Assembly (NCBI GenBank): GCA_963841435.1
Contig: CAWJCS010000005.1
Location: 256,001-320,000 of the forward strand
Direction of reading: 5' to 3'
DNA from: an uncultured delta proteobacterium
GTDB taxonomy: Bacteria > Myxococcota_A > Polyangia > Polyangiales > Polyangiaceae
DNA: 64,000 nucleotides
In this document: positions 10,055-19,877 of the stretch, in pieces
Layout: each line of letters opens with the position of its first letter
Numbering within the stretch: position 1 is the first letter of the stretch
Notes under the pieces: model-generated
The model's database searches: none
Seen by the model: only the letters and a program-made list of their open reading frames with translations
What the model was told of the DNA's origin: nothing
Position numbers and translations under genes: made by a program

Positions 10055-10078
10055 TGGTCACGTGGTCACGTGGTCACG
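10055..10078. repeat. 3 x TGGTCACG direct repeat in a divergent intergenic region
   Basis: tggtcacg tggtcacg tggtcacg. Confidence 0.8.
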
Positions 10079-10157
10079 ACCCAGAACGACGCCCCTCTGG
10101 CGCACCCACGCGTACACCCTTTTTTTTCCTCAATCTCCAAGTTAATCAGCGAGGCCC

Positions 10158-10844
10158 ATGATGTCCACAGCACCCCTTCTGTTGAACGACGACGGCACCG
10201 CGTCGATGGCGACCGCGCTCATGCTGTCGCACCACGCCTTCCGCCGTGATCTGGCGCGCTTCGCTCGCGCCCTCGAGCGCATGGCAAAGGGCGACACGTC
10301 GCGGGCCGCCGCCGTGAGCGAGGAGTGGCAAAAGCTCCACGCCGCCCTCCACGGGCACCACGAGGCCGAGGACAACGGCATGTTTCCTGGCATGGCCGCC
10401 GAGCACCCGTCGGCGCGCGCGACCATCGAACGGCTCGGCGCGGATCACCGCCGCATCGACCCGCTGCTCGAGCGCGGCGACCTCGCGTTCGCCGAGCTGC
10501 CGAAGACGGAGGGCGCCTTGGCCGTCGTGAACGAGCTGACCGAGCTGCTCCGTCCTCATCTCGCGACGGAAGAGGCGGAGCTCATCCCGTTCATTCGTGG
10601 CGCGAAGCAGTTCCCGCCGCCTGCGACGGAAGCCGAAGCCGAGCTCTACGCCGGCGGCTTTGCCTGGGCGATGCACGGCATCGCGCCCGACGTGCTCGAA
10701 AAGGTCCACGTCATGCTCCCCGAGAACCTGCGCGCGAAGCTGCCCGAAGCGCGCCGGGAGTTCGACGCGCGCTGCGAGCGCGTGTGGGGGTCGGCGAAGG
10801 CCGGCGCGGCGCGCACGCCGATTCCGGAACTGGAAAACCTCTAG
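10158..10844 (+). CDS. Hemerythrin/HHE cation-binding domain protein
   Basis: HHAFRRD, HGHHEAED..FP, DHRRID, HLATEE motifs. Confidence 0.85.
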   Translation: MMSTAPLLLNDDGTASMATALMLSHHAFRRDLARFARALERMAKGDTSRAAAVSEEWQKLHAALHGHHEAEDNGMFPGMAAEHPSARATIERLGADHRRIDPLLERGDLAFAELPKTEGALAVVNELTELLRPHLATEEAELIPFIRGAKQFPPPATEAEAELYAGGFAWAMHGIAPDVLEKVHVMLPENLRAKLPEARREFDARCERVWGSAKAGAARTPIPELENL

Positions 10845-12444
10845 CGCGCCCGCCAAAACCAGCCCCAGATCGTGCGCGTCTCGCGCTGCGAGTCACGAAG
10901 AGCAGAAGAAGCAGGGTGAAAACGGCGCCGTTCGGGGCCGGTCGCCGTGCCGTGCGGCAGCTGCAACCCCCGTCCGCGGCAGAGGTGGCGCCGTTCGGTG
11001 CTCCCGCCGAGCCGTTCGGTGCGCCCGCGGCGCCGTTTTGAGCGCCCGCTTCGCCGCCGTTCGGCGCCGTGCCGCAGACGAGCGCCCCCGGCGACGGCGC
11101 AGGCTTTTCGTCGCCGCACGCATTGAGCTGTGCGCAGAGCCCGACGCCGACGGGCGCCGTCGGATCGCTACTTTGCCACTCCTCGGCGCACGGGCCGCTC
11201 TCGCCACCTTCAAAGGGCGCGGGGCCACGGACGTCGCGCAGCTTCAGGAGCGGCGAGAAATCACCGACGCTCGCCGGAGCGCCGCTTCCCGCGTAGAGCC
11301 CAAGGTGAAAATCCGCGCTTTCCGCAGCGGCGCCGAGCGGATCGCGCTCGAGGGCGCACGCGTACAGGCCCTGCTCGGCGAAGCGCAGGCAGCTCACGTC
11401 CAAATCGGTGACGGCGTGCTCGAACGCGAGGTCGCTCGTGCTCGCCCAGTAGAGCCCGACGGCGTCCGGCGACGAGATCGTCTCGTCGGCGCGCGGATCG
11501 CCGTAGCCGGCCGCCACGGCCGTGCCGTCGAGCGAGATCGCGAAACCGAGCAGATTCGCGGGCTCGCGCAACACCTCCTCGAAAGAATCGCCGCCGTCGC
11601 GACTCACGACGAGCGAATCGTCGCGCTCGTAGCGCCCCTCGGTCGTCAGCACGCGCCGCGCGACGCGTAAATAAACCTGATCGGCGTCCGTGGGCGACAC
11701 GCCACCGAGGTACGCGCCGAGCACCGACTCTGGATCCTCGAGCACCAGCGGCGCCTGATGAAACCGAGCGCCGCCGTCGTCGCTCACGAGCAGCACGGGG
11801 TCGTTGGCGAGCGTGCCGCTCACGTAGAGGCGATCGGGATCCGACGGGGCCGCGTCGAGCGTGAGGCCGAAGTCGAGCTCGCTCGGCGGGAGTGCCGCGC
11901 CGACGCGGTGGAACGCGCCGGTCGCGTCCGACTCGTACAGGCGGTGCTCCGTCGTGAAGCGCTGCTCGTCGAGCATCGCGACGAGCGCGAGCACGGGCGC
12001 CGCCTCACCCGCGCCACGCCGGCAAACATCGACAATCTGCCCGGTCTCGGCGCCCGCGGGGGGCGTGGCCTCGAAGAACGCCCAGTTTTCGGGCAAGGAC
12101 GGCTCGGTCTCGAACGTGCAGCCCCGGTCGCGCGACACGCGCACGGAGTGCCGCGAGCCCGTGAGGATGGCGCCGCCCGGACCGAGCTCGAGCAGCGGGT
12201 CCATCGTGTAGGTGCCGGGCGGCTTGCCGAAGATCTCGGACTCGCAATCGTAGTAAAAGTCCGCGCCGCCGTTCGTCGTGACGAGCAGCCCGTACGTCCC
12301 CGCGAGCACGAGCGTCTCCTGATCGACGACGCGAAGCTGCTGCGCGTTCGGGTAGCGGCCGTTCGCGCGGGCGGGCGCGGCGACGAGAAGCGCTGCGGCA
12401 ACGCACGCCGCGGCGCCGACTTTCAGTAAAAGAGGTACACCCAC
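10711..12444 (-). CDS. Secreted BNR/Asp-box repeat protein with MYXO-CTERM-like tail
   Basis: ARA|NGRYP signal; repeated SRDRG/SDDGG/SRDGG boxes; GGCSC...FTLLLLLFV..RR; both ends uncertain (3' end overlaps the hemerythrin gene). Confidence 0.7.
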   Translation of the reverse strand: MGVPLLLKVGAAACVAAALLVAAPARANGRYPNAQQLRVVDQETLVLAGTYGLLVTTNGGADFYYDCESEIFGKPPGTYTMDPLLELGPGGAILTGSRHSVRVSRDRGCTFETEPSLPENWAFFEATPPAGAETGQIVDVCRRGAGEAAPVLALVAMLDEQRFTTEHRLYESDATGAFHRVGAALPPSELDFGLTLDAAPSDPDRLYVSGTLANDPVLLVSDDGGARFHQAPLVLEDPESVLGAYLGGVSPTDADQVYLRVARRVLTTEGRYERDDSLVVSRDGGDSFEEVLREPANLLGFAISLDGTAVAAGYGDPRADETISSPDAVGLYWASTSDLAFEHAVTDLDVSCLRFAEQGLYACALERDPLGAAAESADFHLGLYAGSGAPASVGDFSPLLKLRDVRGPAPFEGGESGPCAEEWQSSDPTAPVGVGLCAQLNACGDEKPAPSPGALVCGTAPNGGEAGAQNGAAGAPNGSAGAPNGATSAADGGCSCRTARRPAPNGAVFTLLLLLFVTRSARRARSGAGFGGRARGFPVPESACAPRRPSPTPTRARSARRTPGALRAASRAGSRGA

Positions 12445-14057
12445 CAGTTGTGCATCGCGCTGCCGTCGCCGCTCGTTGCCTGCGTACCGTAGCTCGGGAA
12501 GTTTTGATAGAGGTACGTCGTGCCGTGGCCTCCGCAATCGTCGTCACAGGCGGGCTGATTGGCGGGGCACGTGCGCTGGCTCCTGCCGTAGAACCCGTCG
12601 GTCATCGCGTTGGTGTACGTGGTGGTGAGGTCTTTGCCACCGGTGCCGTTCTTCAAGCCGTAGTTCTCGCAGGAGGTGAGCACCGTGGGGTCCGGCATGT
12701 TCGCGTCGTAGGAATAGGTCCCGGTCGTGTTGGGGTAGAAGTGCGCGTTGCCGCAGCCCTCCGACATGTCGGCGATGTCGAACGAGCGTGAGGCGCTCGG
12801 CCCCGAGCGCGCGTGAATCTGCGAATCCCACACGATGCAGTCGGTGAGCTGCGTGCTGTTGCTGTTGCACGCGTTGTAAAAGTTCGAAAACGGCGCTCCC
12901 ACGCGCGTGTCGAGATCCCAGTTCAAGAAGCGCTCGGCCTGCTTGGCGAGCATCGGCACGGCGTTCGAATCCATGTAGCGCTCCCACGCGTGTCCCATGG
13001 CGTGCTGGTGACAGCCGGATCCGCGCCCTGAGTTGAAGTCGGTGATGCGCACCGTGACCTTGCAGCCGAGGTTCGTGATGCTGTCGCCGTTGGAGACGTT
13101 GCGGAACTGGTTGGCCATCTTGTTGCCGTCGGCGTCGTAGGCTTGCTTCGACTCCTGCGTCTCGCCGCACTTCGGATTCGAGCTTGCCATGCACCAGACT
13201 TCGTTGATGACGCCCTTCTCGAACAAGCCGCACAGCGTGAGGTTCGGGCCGGTCGGATCGGCGGGATCCTTGATTTGAAGATTCGTGTCGGCGAACGACT
13301 GCGAGTTCCACGACGTGTAGTCGATGCGCGTGCCCTTGCTCGCCTGGGCAACCTTGACGAGCTCGTACGAGAGCATCGGCGTCGCCGCGGCGTCCTTGTA
13401 TTTGTGGAAGCTGCTCGCCTCCTTGAGCGCCGCGATGTGCTGATCGACGAGCGACTGCGCGCTCGCGGTGTTCTCGAGGTCGATCACGAGCACCTTGGGC
13501 CGGAGCTCGACGATGCGGTCGTGGTTTTCGACGAGCCACGGATCGGAGTTCGCCTGACTCTCGTCGTTCGGCCACACGACGCCGCCGCCCGCGCCCGCCG
13601 TGCCGCCCGCACCGGCGCCGGCACCCGCGCTGCCACCTGCGCCCGCGCCCGCGTCGCCGCCCGACGCGCCGCTTGCACCGGCCGTTCCTCCGCTGCCCGC
13701 GCCGAGCTCGCCCGCCGTCCCGCCGGTCGCTCCGGCGGCTCCGCCCCCTGCGCTTCCGCCGACGCCACTGGTCCCTCCCGCGCCCGCAGCGAGACCGCCC
13801 GTGCCGCCCGCAACCGCGCCCGACGTGCCACCCGTCGCCGCGCCCGACGTTCCGGCGCTGCCGCCAGTTCCGCCCGACGCCGGCGTCCCCGCGCCCGAGC
13901 TCCCGGCCGACGCGCCGCCGGTTGCCGTTCCACCGACTCCCACACCGCCCGTTCCACCCGACGTTTCCGTGGTTGGATCGCTGCTGCAGCCGACTCCGAG
14001 AAGACAAACGGAGCCGAGCAGGGAGACGGCCACGGCGGAGCGATGGTCACGCTTCAT
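12423..14057 (-). CDS. Gly-linker lipoprotein with putative metal-binding domain
   Basis: GVGC lipobox; long Gly/Ala linker; INEVW, HQHAMGHAWE, CGNAHF, ends NWWVYLFY. Confidence 0.8.
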   Translation of the reverse strand: MKRDHRSAVAVSLLGSVCLLGVGCSSDPTTETSGGTGGVGVGGTATGGASAGSSGAGTPASGGTGGSAGTSGAATGGTSGAVAGGTGGLAAGAGGTSGVGGSAGGGAAGATGGTAGELGAGSGGTAGASGASGGDAGAGAGGSAGAGAGAGGTAGAGGGVVWPNDESQANSDPWLVENHDRIVELRPKVLVIDLENTASAQSLVDQHIAALKEASSFHKYKDAAATPMLSYELVKVAQASKGTRIDYTSWNSQSFADTNLQIKDPADPTGPNLTLCGLFEKGVINEVWCMASSNPKCGETQESKQAYDADGNKMANQFRNVSNGDSITNLGCKVTVRITDFNSGRGSGCHQHAMGHAWERYMDSNAVPMLAKQAERFLNWDLDTRVGAPFSNFYNACNSNSTQLTDCIVWDSQIHARSGPSASRSFDIADMSEGCGNAHFYPNTTGTYSYDANMPDPTVLTSCENYGLKNGTGGKDLTTTYTNAMTDGFYGRSQRTCPANQPACDDDCGGHGTTYLYQNFPSYGTQATSGDGSAMHNWWVYLFY

Positions 14058-14176
14058 CGACAATCAGGTGCCGGCCCGACAGACTGAAGACCCAAGTTTC
14101 GAGGTCGGGGTCCTTTCGCCCTCGCGCGCGGCCGTCTGCGACGAAAAGATTCGCCGACCCGAGAAGCCATCGGCGG

Positions 14177-15523
14177 CTACTCGGGCCCCGAGTAGAGGTC
14201 CTTCGCCAGCGTGTCGAAGCCGAAGGCGTAGCCGACGCCGCTGTTGAGCTTCCACTTGGACGTGCCGTCGGGGGACACCCGCTCCATCTGTCCCGCCGCC
14301 GACCAGTTCACGAACGTGTCGCCGTCGGCGAGTCGCGCGGGCTCGCCGAGCACGAACGTGTAGACCGGAGGGTCGGCCGTGTAGCGCCACACCTCGGTGG
14401 CGACGTTCGCCTCGAAGTCGAGCTCGTACTCGAGCACGCGAGATTCGTCGCCGGAGCTACCGTCGTTGTCGAACACCAGGATGTGATTTTGGCGGACCTC
14501 GAACTGGTGCTGGTGGAGAAAGTGCGCGGAGCCGGGAGCGAAATCGAACGTGCCGCCGAAGGTGCCGAGCACCCACTCGCAGGCACCCGAGGCGCGGTCG
14601 ATCTTCACGATGCTGCTGAAATTGCGCATCCCGAGGTAGTACGCCTCCTCTTCGGGGTCGTAGTCGAGCGCGTTCGCGAAGGTCCAGCCGAGCTCGATGT
14701 CGTCACCCGGGGTCGTCGCCGGATCGAAGCAGTCCCAGGCGCTCCACACCGTGCTGATCTCGCCCTCGGGGTCAACCTCGACAATCTCGTCGCCGCGCAG
14801 CGTCTTGCCGTCGAAGTCGCGATACTCGACCACCATCGCGCCCAGCGTGCCGTCCGGGTGCTCGACGAAGTCGTGCGCGAGAAGCGGCAGCGGCACCGAC
14901 AACGTCTGCGTGCCGTCGAGCGACACGCGCACGAGCTCCGACGCCTCCGACGGTGTGCCCGAGATGCTGGCGGCGTTGTAGAGGATGCTCTTTCGGTCGA
15001 CGGAGAGCCGGGCCCGGTAAAAATCGAGATCGCGATCGTCCTCGTGGTACCAGACGATCTTGCCGTCGGCGTCGATCACGAGCACGGCCGTCGTCGCGCC
15101 GAGCACGGGCACGAGAACGAAGCCGTCGTGCCCCTCGCCCGTGAGCGAGAGCGGTGGCATCCCGAGTGGCAGATCGCCCGTGCGGATGCTCAGCGTGCCG
15201 CTTGCCGAGCCGCCCTCGCCCGTGGTGACGACGCGATAATAGTAGGTCGTGTCGGCTTCGAGGCCGAGCAAGTCCTGCTCGTGGGCGGTGCTCGCCGCGC
15301 CTTCGAGAGGTGTTCTCGACCCCAGGCTCTCGGTCGGGCCGTACTCGACGTAGGCCGTGGCGGGCTCGCTCGTCCTGAAGCTCACCTTGACGACCGTCGA
15401 GATGGCGTCGCTCAGGCGCGCCGAAATGTTCTCGGGCGCGCCGCCGTCCGACCCGCCGCACGAAACGATGCAACAGACGGCGACGCTCGCAACGAGCCAC
15501 GTTGCGGCACGTCCGGCGCTCAG
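14177..15523 (-). CDS. Aryl-sulfate sulfotransferase-like lipoprotein with FN3-like N-domain
   Basis: GLEADTTYYYRV (FN3); HDF, ANALDYD, MRN, HQHQF..LVFDN; probable CTG start at 15523. Confidence 0.78.
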   Translation of the reverse strand: MSAGRAATWLVASVAVCCIVSCGGSDGGAPENISARLSDAISTVVKVSFRTSEPATAYVEYGPTESLGSRTPLEGAASTAHEQDLLGLEADTTYYYRVVTTGEGGSASGTLSIRTGDLPLGMPPLSLTGEGHDGFVLVPVLGATTAVLVIDADGKIVWYHEDDRDLDFYRARLSVDRKSILYNAASISGTPSEASELVRVSLDGTQTLSVPLPLLAHDFVEHPDGTLGAMVVEYRDFDGKTLRGDEIVEVDPEGEISTVWSAWDCFDPATTPGDDIELGWTFANALDYDPEEEAYYLGMRNFSSIVKIDRASGACEWVLGTFGGTFDFAPGSAHFLHQHQFEVRQNHILVFDNDGSSGDESRVLEYELDFEANVATEVWRYTADPPVYTFVLGEPARLADGDTFVNWSAAGQMERVSPDGTSKWKLNSGVGYAFGFDTLAKDLYSGPE

Positions 15524-16593
15524 AATCCCTCCGCGCTCGGCTCGAGCACCGTCAAGAGAACGGGCGACGGGTTCTGGCACGTGCCGCAGAGCAGCGCGAA
15601 CAGCCAAACGCCCGCGTCGTCACGAGCGAACCCGGAGAACGCCTCGCCCGTGGTGCGCTCCGTCGCGAGCGCCAAATCCGTCGTCCGCCCACCCTCGAGC
15701 GGGATCTCGTAGAGCTCGGTGGCCGTCGTCTCGAGATCGAAGATCCCCGCCTCGAGATCCTCCACGCTGCGCCCCGCGTAGAACGCGACGAGCGCTCGGT
15801 CAACGGCAGCGTACGGAACGGGATTGCCGAGCCCGTTCCGGCCAAGCTCGTGCCAGTCGAGCGGCCATGGCCCTTTCTCCGGCACGACCAGCGGCTCCGC
15901 GCTCGCAAGATCCGCCGAAAAGTCGAGGATGCCGCAACCCGGCTCGGCGTCAACGCGCGTGTTGTCGGAATCTGCGGTCGGCTCGATGAAGATCATCGAG
16001 CGCGCGCCCATGCCGGGCACCGTGCCCGTCGTGAAGATCAAGAGGTAGCTGCGGTCGTTGCTTTCGACGTACTGCTCTTCGAGATCGATCATCGTGTCGA
16101 AGAACGAAAATGACGAGAGCTTCGTGCAGGTGTCACCCTCGCTCGTCGGGTACTGGACGTAGCCGTCGATCGCCGATTGCTCGAGCGTGTCGGTCGCGAG
16201 CTTCGACTCGACCTCGGCCTCGTCGAGGTGTATGATCCTGAGAAGTCCGACGTTGTCAACGTCGCCACTCGGGGACAGCTCGTGGCACTGGATGTCAGTC
16301 TCGACATCCGCCCAGCAGATGTCCAGATCCGTCGCCGGCGCCGTGCGCACGACGGGGATCGAGAGGCTGCTCGTCGCCTGGTAGTTGTTGGCGTCACCGA
16401 TGCTGATGGGTGCGGGCTCGGCCTGTTCGGGGCCCCCGTTCTTGGCGTCTTCACCGCAAGCCGCCGCGAGGAGCGCCGCCAGGGCGACGGGCGCGCACGC
16501 GCGAGAAAACCGGCCACTTTGCCGTGCGCGCGAGGCGTCCGAGTGGGGGGCCTGAGCAGGCAGGTGCGGTGTTTCTGGCTGGGGCGCTTGCAC
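15520..16593 (-). CDS. Hypothetical lipoprotein
   Basis: LAAAC lipobox; CGTCQNPSP near the C-terminus; operonic spacing. Confidence 0.75.
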   Translation of the reverse strand: MQAPQPETPHLPAQAPHSDASRARQSGRFSRACAPVALAALLAAACGEDAKNGGPEQAEPAPISIGDANNYQATSSLSIPVVRTAPATDLDICWADVETDIQCHELSPSGDVDNVGLLRIIHLDEAEVESKLATDTLEQSAIDGYVQYPTSEGDTCTKLSSFSFFDTMIDLEEQYVESNDRSYLLIFTTGTVPGMGARSMIFIEPTADSDNTRVDAEPGCGILDFSADLASAEPLVVPEKGPWPLDWHELGRNGLGNPVPYAAVDRALVAFYAGRSVEDLEAGIFDLETTATELYEIPLEGGRTTDLALATERTTGEAFSGFARDDAGVWLFALLCGTCQNPSPVLLTVLEPSAEGF

Positions 16594-16602
16594 GAGCCTC
16601 GC

Positions 16603-17352
16603 TCAGTAGTTGCAGAAGCCGTTGCGGCGCTCGAACTTGAGCGTCTCGGCGTCCGGGTCGTAGGTCGCGTTGCCGAAGGGGCCCCACGTCGAAAGGTCGT
16701 CGTCGTACTTCATGAGCACGCTGACGTGCCCGGCGTACTCGTTGACGAAGCCGTACGCGGCCTCCGAGCCGTCGAGCGCGGCGATGGCGTCGGCACCGAG
16801 CATGAGCTCGCTGTTTTCGCACACGCCGTTCTCGTCGAGCGTCACGCTCGGATTCGAAAGCACCACCCGGTGCGACCACAGACAATCCGGGCAACCATCC
16901 GGCGGGTCCCCCGCGCGCTCAACGTCGAAGTGGACGATGCAGATGTCGGCACCCAGGCCATCCTCGCCGATCAGAAAATACTCCTCGAACCCCGAAAACT
17001 CGTCCGCGTTGACGCTGGCCTCCCCCCGGTGCCCGCACACGCCGACCTGGGTGAAGCCGCTTCCCGACGAGCCGCCGCTCGCCGCCGTGCCGCTCGTGCC
17101 TCCGGCGCCGGTCCCCGCAGCGCCGCCGCTCGCCGACGCTCCCGCCGCTCCGGACAATCCACCGCTCGCCGAGGCTCCTGCCGCTCCTGCCAATCCGCCG
17201 CTCGCCGACGAGCCTCCGCCGGAAGTGCCGGCTGCCGCAGCGCTGCGCGCATCGTCGTCGCCGGAGCCACAGCCGGCCGCGACCGGCAGACCGCCGGCGA
17301 GCGTGGCGAGGACGACGAACCGGCTCGTGGCCGAACGCGTCGCTTCGATCAT
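16603..17352 (-). CDS. Hypothetical Gly-linker lipoprotein with Cys motifs
   Basis: AAGC lipobox; CPDCLW; ATGA overlap with the upstream gene. Confidence 0.78.
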   Translation of the reverse strand: MIEATRSATSRFVVLATLAGGLPVAAGCGSGDDDARSAAAAGTSGGGSSASGGLAGAAGASASGGLSGAAGASASGGAAGTGAGGTSGTAASGGSSGSGFTQVGVCGHRGEASVNADEFSGFEEYFLIGEDGLGADICIVHFDVERAGDPPDGCPDCLWSHRVVLSNPSVTLDENGVCENSELMLGADAIAALDGSEAAYGFVNEYAGHVSVLMKYDDDLSTWGPFGNATYDPDAETLKFERRNGFCNY

Positions 17353-19127
17353 TCGGGCCCTCCGACGTTCAGCGCGTAAAGGTCGTCGATGAGCACCGTG
17401 TTGCCGACCATCTTGTTGTACGCGTCGTTCCCACCGTCGTAGTCGAACTTCACGTAAAAGACGGTCTGCTTGTCGGGCGTGATCTCACGAATCACGCCGC
17501 CCGTGCCGTAGTTGCCGAGCGTGTTCCCGTTTTCGAGGCGAAGTGCCATGCCCTTGGCGCGCGGCCATTCGGGGCCCTCGGTGTAGCGCCACTTCTCGAC
17601 GAGCCGCTGATTCTGCCGGTCGATCGTGAACTCCAGGAAGGCGTGCTGATTGGGCGTCGGCGTCGTATTGCCCGCGGTGTAGCCCGGCATGTGGCTCGAA
17701 ACCATCAACGTACCGTCCTTGCTGATGTTGGGATCGTGCTGGTAACCGAAGCTCCAGGCGTTCGGCGGCATGGTGAGCGGGGGTGCGAAGGTGTAGCTGC
17801 CCGGCGCTTCCCCGTACTGCCCGATCACGGTGCCGTCTTGGCGGCTCACCTGGATCACGGTGTTCTCGTCGGGGTACGACATGATCACGCTGTCGTCCGC
17901 TTCGTTCCAGTTGATGGTGTTCGTGTAGCAGACGAAGTTGCGACCGAAGTGATCGGCGCAGCTCCACACGGTGCGAAACACGCCCGCGCGGCTCATCTCG
18001 CGCAGCTCGTCGTTGGCGTCGTAGAGCAGCGCGCCGTCCGTGGTCACGTCGATGGCGTCGGCGAGGTTCGGCACCTCGATCTCCTCCTCGTAGGCGTGAT
18101 CGAGCGTCATCTTGAGCACGGACTCGGTGAAGTTGCCGCAGCCGAAGCAGCGCTTTTCGATCCAGATGTAGCCGCCGTCGCGCGCGATGCGCTGGAACGA
18201 CGAGGTCGCGAGTGTCGAAGGGTCGGCGTAGTACCAGACGACGCGGCCCTTGCGATCCATGATGTAGAGCCAGAACGTGTTGCGGTAGTAGTTGTTCGGC
18301 CCGCCGCCCTCGGAGTCCTCGACCGAGCCGAACATCCAGCGATCGGGGCTCGCGCGCACGGGGTCGTAGTCCATGACCGTGGCCACGGGCATGCTGCTCG
18401 GCACCGGATCGGTCGTGCCCTCGTAGTCGTGCGTCGCGCAATCGGTCGAGCCCTGGCGGCTCACGACCCGCACGGTGACGGGCGTCGCGCCGGGCACGCC
18501 GAGCACGACGTCGCTGTGGGCGCCGGCCACGCCGGGCTTCGGGCGCGAGGTCATGACGTTGCCGGGCTCGAACGTGAACTCGAGCCACGTCTCGTCCGCG
18601 GCGACCGTCTGCGTCCAGTCGACGACGAGGACGGTGTTCACGTCGTCGTGAACGCGGATGCTCACGCCGCTCACGAACGCGTCACCGCAACCTGCTCCGC
18701 CGACGCCGCTGCCGCTGCCCGCTGTGTCGCTCGCTCCGGCCGTGCCCGCGGCGCCGGCTGGCGTCGCCGTGCCGTCGCCCGCGGTGCCGCCGCCGCCCGT
18801 GCCGGCGTTGCCCCCGCCTCCGCTCGCCGAGCTCCCGCCTGCGGTCCCCGACCCTCCTGCTGCCGTACCCCCCGAGGTTCCTGCGTCGCCGGCGCTACCC
18901 GCACCGCTTTCGGAGGTGCCTCCTTGGCCCGCGGCGCCGCCCGCCGTCAGGGCGCCGCCGGCGCCGCCCGCGCCAGCGCCTGCACCCGGCGCACCGCTCG
19001 TCCCGGCGCCCGCGCCGCCGCCCGCATCGGACGACGTGCAGCCGGCGGCCGACGCCAACAGAGCGAGCCCGCCCGCGGTCCCGGCGACAAGCGCCGAGAC
19101 CCGACGCCTCATTCGCATGCGCCTCAT
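17349..19127 (-). CDS. Divergent aryl-sulfate sulfotransferase-like beta-propeller lipoprotein
   Basis: AAGC lipobox; Gly linker; YIMDRKGRVVWYY, YTNTINW, FGYQHDPN, RLENGNTLGNYG. Confidence 0.72.
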   Translation of the reverse strand: MRRMRMRRRVSALVAGTAGGLALLASAAGCTSSDAGGGAGAGTSGAPGAGAGAGGAGGALTAGGAAGQGGTSESGAGSAGDAGTSGGTAAGGSGTAGGSSASGGGGNAGTGGGGTAGDGTATPAGAAGTAGASDTAGSGSGVGGAGCGDAFVSGVSIRVHDDVNTVLVVDWTQTVAADETWLEFTFEPGNVMTSRPKPGVAGAHSDVVLGVPGATPVTVRVVSRQGSTDCATHDYEGTTDPVPSSMPVATVMDYDPVRASPDRWMFGSVEDSEGGGPNNYYRNTFWLYIMDRKGRVVWYYADPSTLATSSFQRIARDGGYIWIEKRCFGCGNFTESVLKMTLDHAYEEEIEVPNLADAIDVTTDGALLYDANDELREMSRAGVFRTVWSCADHFGRNFVCYTNTINWNEADDSVIMSYPDENTVIQVSRQDGTVIGQYGEAPGSYTFAPPLTMPPNAWSFGYQHDPNISKDGTLMVSSHMPGYTAGNTTPTPNQHAFLEFTIDRQNQRLVEKWRYTEGPEWPRAKGMALRLENGNTLGNYGTGGVIREITPDKQTVFYVKFDYDGGNDAYNKMVGNTVLIDDLYALNVGGPE

Positions 19128-19301
19128 ACGTTGCAGAGAGACGCGGGGAGCCGGTGACGCGCCAGGTTCCGCTAAGCCTCCAGGAATTTACCGCCGCCTC
19201 GACGACATTTTCGTCCCAAATCTCGCTGCTACCGGTAGGCTTGGTAGACAAGAGCATCCGCGGCGCACGGTCGGACGCCTGCGGGGTGCTAGGGCTTTTC
19301 G

Positions 19302-19865
19302 ATGGGCCGTCTCTACGATTCGCTCGAAGAAGTCAGGGAGTTTCTCGAGGCGCAGCACCTTTTCTTCGTCGCGACGGCGCCGGCCGGTCGCGAGGGGCAC
19401 CTGAACCTGTCGCCCAAGGGGCTCGACGGATTCCGCGTGCTCGGGCCGACGACGGCGGCATACGTCGATTATCCGGGCAGCGGCGTCGAGACGATCGCGC
19501 ACCTTCGCGAGAACGGCCGCATCGTGCTCATGTTCTGCGCCTTCACGGGCTCGCCGAATATCGTGCGCCTCTGGGGTCGCGGCGAGGTCGTCGAGCCCGA
19601 CGACGCGCGCTTCGCCGAGCTCGTCACCCAGTTCACGCCGACGCTCCACGTGCGCTCCGTCATCCGCATCGACGTGACGCGCATCGGCTCGTCGTGTGGG
19701 TTCGGCGTGCCACTTTACGACTACGCTGGCGAGCGTGACGTGCTCGCGCGCTGGGCCGAAAAGAAGGGCGCCGAAGGGCTCGAACGCTACCAGGCCGAGA
19801 AGAACGGGCAGAGCATCGACGGCCTTCCGGGGCTCGCGCCACGGGCGAGCCCCGAGCCGCGCTGA
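19302..19865 (+). CDS. Pyridoxamine 5'-phosphate oxidase family (FMN-binding) protein
   Basis: FFVATAP, NLSPKG, GSGVETIAHLRENGR, SCGFGVP. Confidence 0.9.
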   Translation: MGRLYDSLEEVREFLEAQHLFFVATAPAGREGHLNLSPKGLDGFRVLGPTTAAYVDYPGSGVETIAHLRENGRIVLMFCAFTGSPNIVRLWGRGEVVEPDDARFAELVTQFTPTLHVRSVIRIDVTRIGSSCGFGVPLYDYAGERDVLARWAEKKGAEGLERYQAEKNGQSIDGLPGLAPRASPEPR

Positions 19866-19877
19866 GCGCACACCCGC

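Noticed and set aside
9968-10130. G/C runs and a T-tract as a G-quadruplex or terminator
   Set aside because: Irregular homopolymer-rich stretch with no clean stem before the T-tract; may be low-quality sequence
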